NCBI GenBank assembly: GCA_017937135.1 | Contig: JAGBEE010000020.1 | Location: forward strand, 78,296 to 142,295 | Length of the DNA stretch: 64,000 nucleotides | From: Clostridia bacterium | Lineage (GTDB): Bacteria; Bacillota; Clostridia; Oscillospirales; CAG-272 | Direction: 5' to 3' | Shown here: piece after piece, positions 9,397-20,102 of the stretch | Layout of the letters: each line of letters opens with the position of its first letter | How positions within the stretch are numbered: position 1 is the first letter of the stretch | Translations under genes and position numbers: made by a program | The notes under the pieces: generated by a model | The model's database searches: none | What the model was told of the DNA's origin: nothing | The model's input: only the letters and a program-made list of their open reading frames with translations

Positions 9397-10434
9397 TTAT
9401 TTTGTAACTGTAATTTTTGCAATAACGTTTGATTTATCAGGATCAATTCCCTTTGCTATAACAAGTTTAAGTGCAAAAATTTGCATAGCGAGAGCGAAAA
9501 TAAATGGCATTGTGAGTTCACAGCCAGTATTTTCAATCATTATCTTGTTTTTAGAATCGCATATATCAGCTACATCAGTGATAACAACAGTATTTGCCCC
9601 AACTGTTGCTAATTTATCTAACATCATTTTTGCATCTTGAAGCATAGTGCCACTTTGAGCAAGCACGAATGCAAGGTCATTATTATGTAATTGAGCAACT
9701 GGACCATGATAAAAATCAGATATAGGATATCCTTTTACCTTCATTTTATTAGTTTCAAGTATCTTTAGCGCTCCTTCAAGTGCAATGGGATACGAAATAC
9801 CTCTACCAAGAACAACAGCTTCTCTGTATTCAAGTAATGATGAAACAATATTTTCTATTTGATTTGGTAAATAATCAAGAGCCATACTTACTTGTTGTGG
9901 AAGATTAGACAATGCAGTTGAAAGCTCTCTATTTTCACTCCACCGTGCACATAATAAAGCAAGTAAATACATCTGTGATGTAAATGTTTTTGTTGCTGCT
10001 ATACTCTTTTCTTCATTGGCATTGCAAAAAAGATGAAATTTTGCAGTTTTTGCTATGAGTGAATCTTCATTATTTGTAATCGCAACTGTTATCATACCCT
10101 GTTTGTTAGCACTTTGTAAAACCGCATTAACATCTTCAGCTCTTCCAGATTGAGAAACACCAATAACAAGCGTATTACTGAAGTTAAGCTCTTTACCATA
10201 TTGCGTGAATACCGAGGGAGTACCAAGAGTGCAAGGTATGCCCAATACAATACCAAATAAATACTGCGCATAAACACATGCGTGGTCAGATGTTCCTCTG
10301 GCGGCAAAATAAATGTTATTTATATTATTTTCTTTTATTTGTTCAACAAGCTTATCCAAAGTAAATTGATTCTTTTCTTTCAAGCTTGCTAAAACATTTG
10401 GTTGTTGCCTTATTTCTTTTTCTAAATTAATCAT
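9397..10434 (-). CDS. double-SIS-domain phosphosugar isomerase/deglycase-like protein (GlmS isomerase-domain, AgaS or FrlB family)
   Basis: 345 aa. Blocks GVSQSGRAEDV, AATKTFTSQ and GRGISYPIALEGALKILE parallel the GlmS C-terminal domain. No glutaminase domain. Confidence 0.8.
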   Translation of the reverse strand: MINLEKEIRQQPNVLASLKEKNQFTLDKLVEQIKENNINNIYFAARGTSDHACVYAQYLFGIVLGIPCTLGTPSVFTQYGKELNFSNTLVIGVSQSGRAEDVNAVLQSANKQGMITVAITNNEDSLIAKTAKFHLFCNANEEKSIAATKTFTSQMYLLALLCARWSENRELSTALSNLPQQVSMALDYLPNQIENIVSSLLEYREAVVLGRGISYPIALEGALKILETNKMKVKGYPISDFYHGPVAQLHNNDLAFVLAQSGTMLQDAKMMLDKLATVGANTVVITDVADICDSKNKIMIENTGCELTMPFIFALAMQIFALKLVIAKGIDPDKSNVIAKITVTK

Positions 10435-10449
10435 TTTGTATTCCGCCTT

Positions 10450-11709
10450 TTATTTACGATTAGAAAGAACTTCTTTTTCGTATTTTTTAACCTCTTTAAT
10501 CCAATCCATTCCTACGCTAACACCACATTCGTCACAATATTTATCCCATACTGCTTCAAATGGCATTGTTTTTAATTCCTCAAGAACAGCAAGTCTTGAT
10601 GTATAGTCAAGTGAATATTCGTAATCTTTTAGTGTCTGTGTGGGCTCAAGTAAAGCAAAAAGTAACGCTTTTGATAGGTTTCTTGCGCCTATTACCCATG
10701 CTGCAATTCTATTTATACTTGCATCAAAGAAATCAAGACCAATGTGGATTCTGTCCATTTCACCACTTCTAACTATTTCTTGCGCAATTGCTTTAAGCTC
10801 ATCATCGAAAATTACAACATGATCACTATCCCATCTTACAGGACGAGATACATGAAGTAACAATCCTGGAGTAAACTGGAGCGCTGTGCTGATTTTGTCA
10901 GAAATATATTCTGTTGGGTGGAAATGTCCGGCATCAAGTGTTAAATACTGACCTTTTTTAGCGCAATATCCAAGATAAAAATCATTTGAACCAATAGTGC
11001 AGCTTTCAGCACCAATTCCAAACACCTTACCTTCAAGAGCTGCAACATTATATTTAGGATCAACCTCAACGGCAAATATTTGATCAAGCGAATCCTCAAG
11101 ACGTTTTCTGTAACCATTTCTATCAACAGGTATATCCTTGAAACCATCCGGAATCCAATAGTTACTTGCACAAACCTCGCCCATCTCTTTACCTATATAC
11201 TCAGCAACCTTTCTTGTTGCAATAACGTGGTCGATCCAAAATTTACGAATTTTCTCATCATGATGACTAAGTGTAAAGCCGTCATCTGAATACGGGTGTG
11301 AAAAACAAGTAGGGTCAAGATTTAGTCCAAATCCATTTTTCTTAGCCCATTTAATCCAAACATCATAATGCTCAGGCTTGATTTGATCTCTTGGAACTGA
11401 TTCACCTTTATTATCAAGATAAATTGCATGTAAGCTAAGCTTCTTTTTACCAGGTATCATTGAAGCTGCCTTTTCAAAATCCGCTTGAAGTTCACTTATG
11501 TTGCGTGCTGCGCCAGGATAATTTCCAGTTGTTTGAATACCACCTGTTAGTGGTCCCTTGCTTTCAAAGCCCTTTACATCATCACCTTGCCAACATTGGA
11601 TAGAAATAGGCACATTTTTAAGCTTCTCAATAACCTTATCGGTATCAACACCAATTTGTGCATACATTTCTTTTGCAATTTGATACATTTGTTCTTTATT
11701 TTTGTTCAT
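10450..11709 (-). CDS. rhaA: L-rhamnose isomerase
   Basis: 419 aa and collinear with enterobacterial RhaA ([53 protein letters not shown]). Confidence 0.92.
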   Translation of the reverse strand: MNKNKEQMYQIAKEMYAQIGVDTDKVIEKLKNVPISIQCWQGDDVKGFESKGPLTGGIQTTGNYPGAARNISELQADFEKAASMIPGKKKLSLHAIYLDNKGESVPRDQIKPEHYDVWIKWAKKNGFGLNLDPTCFSHPYSDDGFTLSHHDEKIRKFWIDHVIATRKVAEYIGKEMGEVCASNYWIPDGFKDIPVDRNGYRKRLEDSLDQIFAVEVDPKYNVAALEGKVFGIGAESCTIGSNDFYLGYCAKKGQYLTLDAGHFHPTEYISDKISTALQFTPGLLLHVSRPVRWDSDHVVIFDDELKAIAQEIVRSGEMDRIHIGLDFFDASINRIAAWVIGARNLSKALLFALLEPTQTLKDYEYSLDYTSRLAVLEELKTMPFEAVWDKYCDECGVSVGMDWIKEVKKYEKEVLSNRK

Positions 11710-11712
11710 AAT

Positions 11713-13197
11713 TTACTCCTTTGTGCAGATTGATAAAAATCTTTGATATGCTTCTTCCCAAGCATCATTGTGTTTGGGCTCATAAACCTTAACATCGAAT
11801 GAATTTCTAATTATATCTCTTGCTTCTGAAATATCTTTAATTTCGCCAGCAGCAATTGCTTGCATTGAAATATTACCTATAGCAGTTGCTTCGACTGGTC
11901 CAGCATGCACAACTCTATTAGATGCATCAGCTGCCCACTGGCAAAGTATCGCTTCCTTAGTTCCTCCACCGACAATATTTATTGATGAATAACTCTTGCC
12001 AGTCATTTTTTCAATTGTTTCTATTGTCTGTCTATAGCATAACGCAAGGCTTTCAAAAATACATCTTACAACCTCTCCAACCGTTTGTGGAATCTCTTGG
12101 TTAGTTGCCTTGCAAAACTCTCTTATTCTTCCTGGCATATCTCCTGCAGGTGAAAATAAAACATTATTTGGATCAATAAAGCATTTAAATGGCTTAGATT
12201 GTAGAGCTTTTTCAGTGAGCTCGTCAAAGGTATATGTAAAGCCTTCTCTTTTCCACTGTCTACGTGATTCTTGCTCAAGCCAAAGTCCCATAATATTTTT
12301 GAGAAATCTTATCTTTCCGCCCGCTCCACCTTCATTTGTGAAGTTATATTTCATAGAAAGCTCATTTATAACAGGCTCGTCCGTTTCAACACCCATCAAT
12401 GACCATGTTCCACTACTTATATAAACAAATTCATCTCCACGCTTTGCAGGAACAGCTATTACAGCACTTGCTGTGTCATGAGCAGCGATATTCACCACAT
12501 CAGCTTGTATATTGCCAATCTCTGAAATCAGCGCTGAGGTAAGCTTGCCAACCTTGTGCCCAGGCATAACGATTTGTGAGAACAAACTTTCCTTTATTCC
12601 AAATGCATTAAGTAATTCTTTAGAAATAACTCTATTTTTAGCATCTAATACTGCACCTGTTGATGCAATAGTATATTCTGTATATTTCTCTCCAGTTAAG
12701 AAATAACCAAGCAAATCTGGAGTAAAAAGAAGTCTTTCTGCATTCTCAACTATATACGGTCTGTCTTTTAAATCAGCAACTAATTGGTATATAGTATTAA
12801 AATTCATTGTTTGAATTCCTGTAATACCATACAGAGTTTCAAATGGAACTGTATTAAATGCATAAGGCTGAATATTATCAGTTCTGGAATCACGATAATG
12901 ATACGGATTTGCCATAAGTGAACCATTTTTGTCAATATATCCGTAATCAACACCCCATGTATCTATACCAATGCTTTTGATGTCCTTATCATCAGAAAGT
13001 GCACATTTAGAAATAGACGTTTTTATTTCGTGAAAAATCCTTAGAATATCCCAACAAAAATTATTATTGGTACTTACTGGCTCATTGGGAAAACGATGAT
13101 TTTCACATATTTCTATTTTCTTGCCATCAAATGAACCTACTATTCCTCTACCGCTTGAAGCTCCGAGGTCTATTGCCAACATTTTAAGCTTAGACAT
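11713..13197 (-). CDS. rhaB: rhamnulokinase (FGGY family)
   Basis: Blocks DLGASSGR, GIDTWGVDYG, YRDSRT, HDTASAV, SSGTWSLMG, NEGGAGG..FLKNIMGLWL and AGPVEATAIGN. Confidence 0.9.
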   Translation of the reverse strand: MSKLKMLAIDLGASSGRGIVGSFDGKKIEICENHRFPNEPVSTNNNFCWDILRIFHEIKTSISKCALSDDKDIKSIGIDTWGVDYGYIDKNGSLMANPYHYRDSRTDNIQPYAFNTVPFETLYGITGIQTMNFNTIYQLVADLKDRPYIVENAERLLFTPDLLGYFLTGEKYTEYTIASTGAVLDAKNRVISKELLNAFGIKESLFSQIVMPGHKVGKLTSALISEIGNIQADVVNIAAHDTASAVIAVPAKRGDEFVYISSGTWSLMGVETDEPVINELSMKYNFTNEGGAGGKIRFLKNIMGLWLEQESRRQWKREGFTYTFDELTEKALQSKPFKCFIDPNNVLFSPAGDMPGRIREFCKATNQEIPQTVGEVVRCIFESLALCYRQTIETIEKMTGKSYSSINIVGGGTKEAILCQWAADASNRVVHAGPVEATAIGNISMQAIAAGEIKDISEARDIIRNSFDVKVYEPKHNDAWEEAYQRFLSICTKE

Positions 13198-13325
13198 AAA
13201 AATTCCTCTTTCAAAATTTTTTACTGATAATATTACATTATAAACGCAATATACCGTTTATATTATATCAATGCAACGATAAAATTTCAAGTGTTTTCCT
13301 AAATAATATTAAATAAATATATTAT

Positions 13326-13357
13326 AAAAACAACCTGTGAATTTACAGGTTGTTTTG
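13326..13357 (-). terminator. terminator downstream of mutS2
   Basis: AAAACAACCTGT / ACAGGTTGTTTT stem with a T-run on the minus strand. Confidence 0.8.
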
Positions 13358-13364
13358 TATATTG

Positions 13365-15749
13365 TTATTTAAGTTCTAGAACGGTTACACCGAAATCTCC
13401 TTCGCCATATTCACCGTTTCTATACTTTTTAATTCTGTCATCCCTTCTAAAAAAGTCCCAAAGTCCTTTTCTTAAAGCTCCTGTTCCCTTTCCATGAACT
13501 ATTGTTACACTTTTTACTCCAAAGATGATTGCCTCATCAATATACTTGTCAATTTCAGCCCAAGCTTCTTCAATATTTCTACCTCTGACATCATAAGATG
13601 GAGAAAATTCTTTTGTAATAAGTGTTTTTTTCTTGGTAACAGTATTGTTTGTTTTATTAGAATCAAGCTTATTTGCAATATTTTCTGTAACAAGCATAAG
13701 ATTCTTAATATTTGTTTTTGTTTTTGCAATACCAGATTTAACTAATACATTTCCATTTTTATCTGGATTTTCAAGAAGAATAGCTTCACTACCTAAATTT
13801 TTTAATATGACCCTATCGCCCTTTACAAGCTCTCTGGGTAAAACATAATTTTCATCAAGTTCCTCGATTGGATTGTATATATCATCATCATGTAAAAGCT
13901 TTGCTCTAAGCTCTTTTTTCGCATCCGCATATTTTTTAGAAAAGTCCAAAGAGTCCTTTTCCTTTTGGAGCTTATCAAGTTTATCAAAAACAAACTCTGC
14001 GCTAACCTTAGCACCAGAAATCATTTCTCGTGCTCGTTGTAGCATTCGTTCACTTTCCTTTTCTGCATTTCCAAGCTTTTCTTTTAACTCTTTTTCAGCA
14101 GAAATCTTAAATGACTCAAACTCTTTTCTTAACTCTAATGCTTTATTTTTTTCTTTTTCAAATTCTATTCTTTCTCGTTCAAGCTTTTCTATAACACCCT
14201 CAAAGTTGCGTGAATCTTCAGAAATAAGCTCTTTAGCTCTTGATATTATCTCATTATTGATTCCAAGCTTTTGAGAAATAAGAAAAGCATTTGACTTGCC
14301 AGGAGAACCAATGATTAAACGATATGTTGGTTTCAGTGTATTAATATCAAACTCACACGAAGCATTTGAAACTCTATCAGTATTAAGAGCAAACGCTTTT
14401 AATTCAGCATAGTGTGTTGTCGCAGCACATAGAGATTTTTTTGTTAAAATCACTTCTAATATTGATTGCGCAAGCGCAGCACCTTCTATTGGATCTGTAC
14501 CAGCACCGAGTTCATCAAATAACACCAATGATTTATCAGTTGACTCATTTAATATATTTACTATAGAAACCATATGAGATGAGAAGGTAGAAAGAGATTG
14601 CTCAATGCTTTGTTCATCGCCTATATCAGGAAAAATACCATCAAAAATGCATAGTTTCGCAGTATCTGCAGGTATGTCAAGGCCGGATTGCGCCATCAAC
14701 GAAAACAAACCAATGGTCTTGAGTGTAACAGTTTTGCCACCTGTATTAGGTCCAGTAACCACAAGCATGTTATAGTCATAGCCCAAAGAAATGTTTATTG
14801 GAACAACCCTTTCTTTGTCCAATAATGGATGCCTAGCTCTTTCATATTGTATTTCGCGCTTTTCGGTAATAACTGGCGTAATCGCGTTCATTTTATAAGA
14901 CAATTCAGCACATGCAAAGCAAAACGCTATTTCTGTAATATTGTTATAGTTATTTTTTAACTGCATTGCAAAATTGGCAATATCAGCAGAAAATTCAGCT
15001 AATATTCGTTCAATTTCAGCTGATTCCTGACTCATTAGAGTTCTCAATTCATTATTTGCCTCAACTACAGCTAATGGTTCAATAAACAAGGTCGCACCTG
15101 TTCCAGATGTGTCATGAATTAAACCTTTTATTTCATTTTTATCCTCTGATTTAACTGGTAAAACATACCTGCCATTACGCATAGTAACCAAGGCATCTCT
15201 TAAATGTTTTGATTTTTCACCAATTAGATAGCTTTGTAACACTTCCCTTATTTTATTACTTTGATAGCGAATTTTTCTTCTAATATCAGCAAGCATAGGA
15301 CTCGCGTCATCTGCTATTAAATCTTCTCCAATAATTGATTTATAAATTCGTTCTTCTAAGCTTTTATTTGGCACCAAGCGATTAAATATTTCAGATAAAA
15401 TACATGGCTTAATTGTATCTGAATGAATATATTCTAGTAATGCTCTTGTTGTTGATAACACAATAGCAACATCAAGCACCTCTCTTGGCGAAAGAATAGA
15501 ATTCTTTTCCGCTTTCTCAATTGTGTCTAAAATTTCAGGAATACTATTAAAAGACGGTGCACCTTTAATGCCCGTCATTTCTTTTGCATTAGCTGTTAAT
15601 TCAAGTCGTCTTTTTACAGTTTCAGTATTTGATGAAGGCATCAAAGTAATTGCCCTCTTTTTAGCACCTTCCGTAAGGGCAAGTGAGGAAAGAATATTTT
15701 TTATTTTTTCAAATTCAAGTATCCTTACAGATTTTTCAAGATTTAACAT
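13365..15749 (-). CDS. mutS2: endonuclease MutS2
   Basis: 794 aa. Walker A GPNTGGKTV, a long coiled-coil, and a C-terminal Smr domain (IVHGKGTGALR). Confidence 0.95.
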   Translation of the reverse strand: MLNLEKSVRILEFEKIKNILSSLALTEGAKKRAITLMPSSNTETVKRRLELTANAKEMTGIKGAPSFNSIPEILDTIEKAEKNSILSPREVLDVAIVLSTTRALLEYIHSDTIKPCILSEIFNRLVPNKSLEERIYKSIIGEDLIADDASPMLADIRRKIRYQSNKIREVLQSYLIGEKSKHLRDALVTMRNGRYVLPVKSEDKNEIKGLIHDTSGTGATLFIEPLAVVEANNELRTLMSQESAEIERILAEFSADIANFAMQLKNNYNNITEIAFCFACAELSYKMNAITPVITEKREIQYERARHPLLDKERVVPINISLGYDYNMLVVTGPNTGGKTVTLKTIGLFSLMAQSGLDIPADTAKLCIFDGIFPDIGDEQSIEQSLSTFSSHMVSIVNILNESTDKSLVLFDELGAGTDPIEGAALAQSILEVILTKKSLCAATTHYAELKAFALNTDRVSNASCEFDINTLKPTYRLIIGSPGKSNAFLISQKLGINNEIISRAKELISEDSRNFEGVIEKLERERIEFEKEKNKALELRKEFESFKISAEKELKEKLGNAEKESERMLQRAREMISGAKVSAEFVFDKLDKLQKEKDSLDFSKKYADAKKELRAKLLHDDDIYNPIEELDENYVLPRELVKGDRVILKNLGSEAILLENPDKNGNVLVKSGIAKTKTNIKNLMLVTENIANKLDSNKTNNTVTKKKTLITKEFSPSYDVRGRNIEEAWAEIDKYIDEAIIFGVKSVTIVHGKGTGALRKGLWDFFRRDDRIKKYRNGEYGEGDFGVTVLELK

Positions 15750-15761
15750 TATACATCCTAA

Positions 15762-16550
15762 CTATAATAATGATTTATAAAATTCTAAAGTATAAAAATT
15801 CCTTTCAAGTTGATTTAAAAGAAACCTTTCACACGTATCAAAAAAAATGTGCCATTGACTCTCATCTAAATTAAAGGACAAAAAGCGTTCAGGTTTAGAT
15901 GAAATAATATAATTTATTGCCATATATACTCCTTCAGGAATAATGGCAATGGGTTTTGATAATCCACGCTGTGAAAACTCATTTTCGGCATTTGCAAAAA
16001 ATAATTCATTTTTGCATTTTTCACAATACAAAACCCCGTTGACGATATCAAAATAAGATGATTTCAAATTGGCTTGTCCACAAGAAATACAACTATCAAA
16101 ATTGGGTGAAAAGCCAGATTCTACAGCTATTCTTAGCTCAAAAGAGGCTCTTATTATCTCAAGCGGTTTTATATTTTCTGAAATTGCAAAAAGTGTATTT
16201 AATGTTAATTTCAGAATAGCATCTTCGTTGTTTCCCTCTTGTGCTATATCATTCACTATATCACAAATAAATGATGCCAGCGCAAGCTTAGTAATATCAT
16301 TTCTAATTGGATAATAGTTTTCAATTAAATCGCTATCAGTAATGTAATAATAATTGCCCTTTTTTCTCAAGCCGTAAGTAGCATATGAAAATAACTGAGA
16401 AGCTGCCATATGCCTATTTCTAACACTTTTTGCGCCTTTGCTTACAACATATAACTTACCATATCTTTCAGTCAAAATTGTTAAAAGTTTATCGTTTTCA
16501 CCGATGTCTCTTTCTTGTATAACGAGCCCGTTCTTTTTTATTTCGGTCAT
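15762..16550 (-). CDS. recO: DNA repair protein RecO
   Basis: OB-fold N-terminus and a CxxC...CxxC zinc motif (CISCGQ...CEKCK). Conserved era-recO order. Confidence 0.9.
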   Translation of the reverse strand: MTEIKKNGLVIQERDIGENDKLLTILTERYGKLYVVSKGAKSVRNRHMAASQLFSYATYGLRKKGNYYYITDSDLIENYYPIRNDITKLALASFICDIVNDIAQEGNNEDAILKLTLNTLFAISENIKPLEIIRASFELRIAVESGFSPNFDSCISCGQANLKSSYFDIVNGVLYCEKCKNELFFANAENEFSQRGLSKPIAIIPEGVYMAINYIISSKPERFLSFNLDESQWHIFFDTCERFLLNQLERNFYTLEFYKSLL

Positions 16551-17440
16551 TATATCTCCTTGAGATTATAGCCCAAATTATTTAAATTCAATGTGCTGTC
16601 TCTCCATTTTTCTTTAACCTTCACCCAAAGATTTATATATACCTTTATACCAAAAAATCTTTCAAGGTCTTCTCTTGCATATGTTCCGATTCTTTTTAGC
16701 GTTTCTCCATTTTTCCCAATAATTATTCCCTTATGCGAAGCTTTTTCACAATAAATATCAGCACGAACTCTTATGATACTTCCATCATCCTTAAATTCTT
16801 CAATCGAAACAGCCGTTCCATGCGGAACCTCGTCAGAAAGAGTTCTAAGTATTTTTTCACGTATTGTTTCGGCAACTATACTTCTTTCCGGCTGGTCAGT
16901 AATAATGTCTTCCGGAAAAAACCAATCACTTTCAACTAAAAATTTTTCACATTCAGCAATTACGTCACTAATTCCTTGTCCTTTTGAAGCGCTTGTTGGA
17001 ACAACAGCATCAAACTTATAATATTTATCATACTCAGTTATTGTCTGTGCTATCTTTTCAGGTGTTGCCATATCAATTTTATTTAATACAAGTATTGATG
17101 GTAATTTAGTACGCTTAATTCTCTCTATAATATCTTTTTCTATTTCACCAAGACCATAGTTAACATCAGCAATTAAAATAACAGCATCAGAGCTACCGAT
17201 AGAAGAATCGGATGCTGCAAGCATGTATTCACCAAGCTTAGTTCTCGGTTTTTGGAAGCCTGGTGTATCGAGAAATACTATTTGGTCTTCTCCTTTAGTA
17301 TAAATTCCTGTTATTCTATTACGAGTTGTTTGAGGCTTTGAAGATACAATAGCAATCTTTTCACCCAAAATGGCATTCAAAAGCGTGCTTTTACCCACAT
17401 TTGGTCTGCCAACTATTGCAATAAAAGTCGTCTTTTTCAT
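16550..17440 (-). CDS. era: GTPase Era
   Basis: GRPNVGKST, DTPG and NKID motifs plus a C-terminal KH domain. Confidence 0.95.
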   Translation of the reverse strand: MKKTTFIAIVGRPNVGKSTLLNAILGEKIAIVSSKPQTTRNRITGIYTKGEDQIVFLDTPGFQKPRTKLGEYMLAASDSSIGSSDAVILIADVNYGLGEIEKDIIERIKRTKLPSILVLNKIDMATPEKIAQTITEYDKYYKFDAVVPTSASKGQGISDVIAECEKFLVESDWFFPEDIITDQPERSIVAETIREKILRTLSDEVPHGTAVSIEEFKDDGSIIRVRADIYCEKASHKGIIIGKNGETLKRIGTYAREDLERFFGIKVYINLWVKVKEKWRDSTLNLNNLGYNLKEI

Positions 17441-17904
17441 TAAAATCCAATTATCTCCATAATTTCTTTTTGTCTTCTAAACATATCTTTTTCATCTTCT
17501 TTAGATGTTTCGTGATCATATCCAAGCAAATGCAACGTGGAATGAACTGTTAAAAATGCAACCTCGTGATATGTGCTGTGACACAAGTGATGACCTTGAA
17601 GCATAGCTCTTTCTAATGATATAACTATATCTCCAAGCGGCACTGGCTCTGGACATCCATCAATAGCCGAAAAATCATCATACATTGGAAATGACAGCAC
17701 ATCAGTAGCTGAATTTTTATTTCTATATTCTTTATTCAATTCTTTGATTTGCTCATTATCAGTAAATGTAACAGAAAGCTCTGCATCCTTATCAAAGCCT
17801 TCATAAATCAATGTGTTGAAAATTGCTTTTCTAACTATTGATTTCATTGATACTCTTACATCAACAATTTCTTGCTCATTTTTAAAATATACAGTTAATT
17901 TCAT
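17440..17904 (-). CDS. ybeY: rRNA maturation RNase YbeY
   Basis: Metal-binding motif HSTLHLLGYDH. Confidence 0.92.
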   Translation of the reverse strand: MKLTVYFKNEQEIVDVRVSMKSIVRKAIFNTLIYEGFDKDAELSVTFTDNEQIKELNKEYRNKNSATDVLSFPMYDDFSAIDGCPEPVPLGDIVISLERAMLQGHHLCHSTYHEVAFLTVHSTLHLLGYDHETSKEDEKDMFRRQKEIMEIIGF

Positions 17905-18899
17905 TTTCTGTTCCCTCTTTGATTTTTTAATTCTTTTTCATATTTGTCATAAGCAACTATTATTTTTTGAACTAACTTATGACGAACAACATCCTTTTCT
18001 GTAAATGAGTGAATTGCTATATCTTCAACATTTTTAAGAATCTTAACTGCCTCGGCAAGCCCGCTCTTTTTTCCATCAGGCAAATCAGTCTGAGAAAGGT
18101 CGCCGGTTACAACAACCTTGGAGTTAAAGCCTATTCGTGTTAAAAACATCTTCATCTGTTCAGGTGTAGTATTTTGCGCTTCATCAAGTATAATAAACGA
18201 ATCATCAAGTGTTCGTCCTCGCATATATGCCAAAGGGGCGATTTCTATAACCATTTTTTCCATATATCTAGCACAGTTATCTGGACCAAGCATTTCATAT
18301 AGCGAATCATATAATGGTCTAAGATATGGATCAATCTTACTTTGTAAGTCTCCTGGCAAAAAGCCAAGTCGCTCACCAGCCTCAACAGCGGGTCTTGTCA
18401 AAATAATTCTTGTTATTTCTTTTCCTCTTAATGCTTTAACAGCCATTGCTACAGCTAAAAAGGTTTTTCCCGTTCCAGCTGGACCTATTCCCAATGTAAC
18501 CGTATTATTTTTTATACAATTAACATATTTTTGCTGGCCCAAGGTTTTGGCTTTTATTGGTCTACCCTTGGCACTTACACAAAAGCAACTGTCATCAAGT
18601 TCATTTAATTCGTTAGTTTTGTTGTCATTCACCATGGAAATAACATAATCAACTGTTTGATCTGTTATAACGCTATTTATCTCGGTCATTTTCTTTAAAT
18701 ACGTTAATGCTTCATGCGCCTTAGTTACTCCCTCGGCTTCTCCGCTTATAATTATACAATCACCAATTTCATTATTAGATGGTCGATTAATAATCCTTAC
18801 ACGGAATGCATTCTCAATAGCATTAATGTTTGCATCAAACGCACCGAAAATAGCGCTAGTTGCATCTGGGGATGATGTATTTAAGATCCTTTCTGCCAT
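17901..18899 (-). CDS. phoH: PhoH-family ATPase
   Basis: Walker A GPAGTGKTF. Conserved position upstream of ybeY. Confidence 0.92.
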   Translation of the reverse strand: MAERILNTSSPDATSAIFGAFDANINAIENAFRVRIINRPSNNEIGDCIIISGEAEGVTKAHEALTYLKKMTEINSVITDQTVDYVISMVNDNKTNELNELDDSCFCVSAKGRPIKAKTLGQQKYVNCIKNNTVTLGIGPAGTGKTFLAVAMAVKALRGKEITRIILTRPAVEAGERLGFLPGDLQSKIDPYLRPLYDSLYEMLGPDNCARYMEKMVIEIAPLAYMRGRTLDDSFIILDEAQNTTPEQMKMFLTRIGFNSKVVVTGDLSQTDLPDGKKSGLAEAVKILKNVEDIAIHSFTEKDVVRHKLVQKIIVAYDKYEKELKNQRGNRK

Positions 18900-18917
18900 G
18901 ATTCCTCCATTTTAACA

Positions 18918-20102
18918 TCATTCAACTATAATTTCTATTCCTTGTGCTATATCCTCAAGACAATACAAACTACAGTCAATATAAAAATAATTTTCATCAA
19001 AATAAGAATTAATCTTTTTTGAAATAAGCTCCGTGCCACAAAGTTGTATATCCATTTGCTTCCTTAGCTCCAAAAAAGCAAGGTCAACAACTTCATCCTT
19101 TGTATACTTTACTCTTTGCATTTCATATTCATAAAATTTTGTAGTTATTCGTTTAAATGGAAGATTATTTACTCCAAATAAATTAATATCTTCTTCTTTT
19201 ATTATTTTATCATAAAGTACACCTGAATTTCTATACTTTAATGAAAAATTTATTATATTTGAAAATATTTTATAAGAATTTTCTGTATATACCTTACCCG
19301 TATAAGATTTTTTTAATGTTTCATATGGTATTTTAATAAATATTTGCTTGTTTACATATGCTTTTATCTCACCTTCTGCATGTACATATCTAATCCCCAT
19401 AGATTGTGATTCCAAAACACCAGAAATTAATAAATCTCCTTTTTTTACTACATCGCCAACATTTATTACTTTTTTTCCATTTTTTATGCTTATAGAAACA
19501 ATCTGACCATCATATTTTGAAATAACATTTGTGTATGTATTTTCTTTGATCGGCTCTTCGTTTAAAATTTCTCTTACATGTACATTCGCTGTATTTCCCT
19601 CGATATTTACAGATATCCAAGCAATATTTTTTGAATTTAATAAAAATCTATTATGTAATTCATCATAGTTAATACCCGGAATAAAGCTTCCAAGCGTTAA
19701 TCCAGCGCTTTCGAGCTCTTTTACAATTACTTCATTCTTAATTTTTGAGTTGCCATCTATATTTATTTTCCATACAATATTTGACGATATATATATCGTC
19801 AATAAAATAAAAACTATACCGATAATCAGACCACATCTGTTTTTTATTTTATAAATTTTTGCAAGTAGTCCATATGGTTCACTAAAATGTGCGTCGATGG
19901 TATTTGTTTTTAATATCTCCTTATATTGTTTCAAATATTTTGTATAAATTTCAATAAAAAATTTTTCATTATCAAACAATAATTTAATATAGGTAAGGTT
20001 ATTAGTTATTATGAGATCTAGCACCCTACTTTTTTCTTTGATGCTTATACAAATTCTTGTTTTTGAATATAATCCGTTAATCATATTTTCCAACTCTTTC
20101 AA
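18918..20102 (-). CDS. yqfD: sporulation protein YqfD
   Basis: 394 aa with a single mid-protein TM segment. Conserved yqfC-yqfD-phoH order. Overlaps the yqfC 3' end. Confidence 0.8.
   Translation of the reverse strand: MKELENMINGLYSKTRICISIKEKSRVLDLIITNNLTYIKLLFDNEKFFIEIYTKYLKQYKEILKTNTIDAHFSEPYGLLAKIYKIKNRCGLIIGIVFILLTIYISSNIVWKINIDGNSKIKNEVIVKELESAGLTLGSFIPGINYDELHNRFLLNSKNIAWISVNIEGNTANVHVREILNEEPIKENTYTNVISKYDGQIVSISIKNGKKVINVGDVVKKGDLLISGVLESQSMGIRYVHAEGEIKAYVNKQIFIKIPYETLKKSYTGKVYTENSYKIFSNIINFSLKYRNSGVLYDKIIKEEDINLFGVNNLPFKRITTKFYEYEMQRVKYTKDEVVDLAFLELRKQMDIQLCGTELISKKINSYFDENYFYIDCSLYCLEDIAQGIEIIVE

Noticed and set aside
13198-13325. A possible cre/CcpA or LacI-type operator (AAACGgtatattgCGTTT) in the rhaB leader.
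   Set aside because: It is only a 5-bp inverted repeat and fits the cre consensus poorly (3 of the key positions mismatch). That is not enough to call.
18118-18648. 176-aa plus-strand ORF antisense to phoH. Similar long antisense ORFs occur at 13873-14274 (opposite mutS2), 22489-22980 (opposite mgtE), 31604-32017 (opposite polC) and 45495-45812 (opposite ftsY).
   Set aside because: Each lies fully inside a strongly supported conserved gene on the other strand. Their translations are low-complexity (rich in Ser, Ile, Leu and Phe), and they have no SD or recognisable domain. They are typical shadow ORFs.
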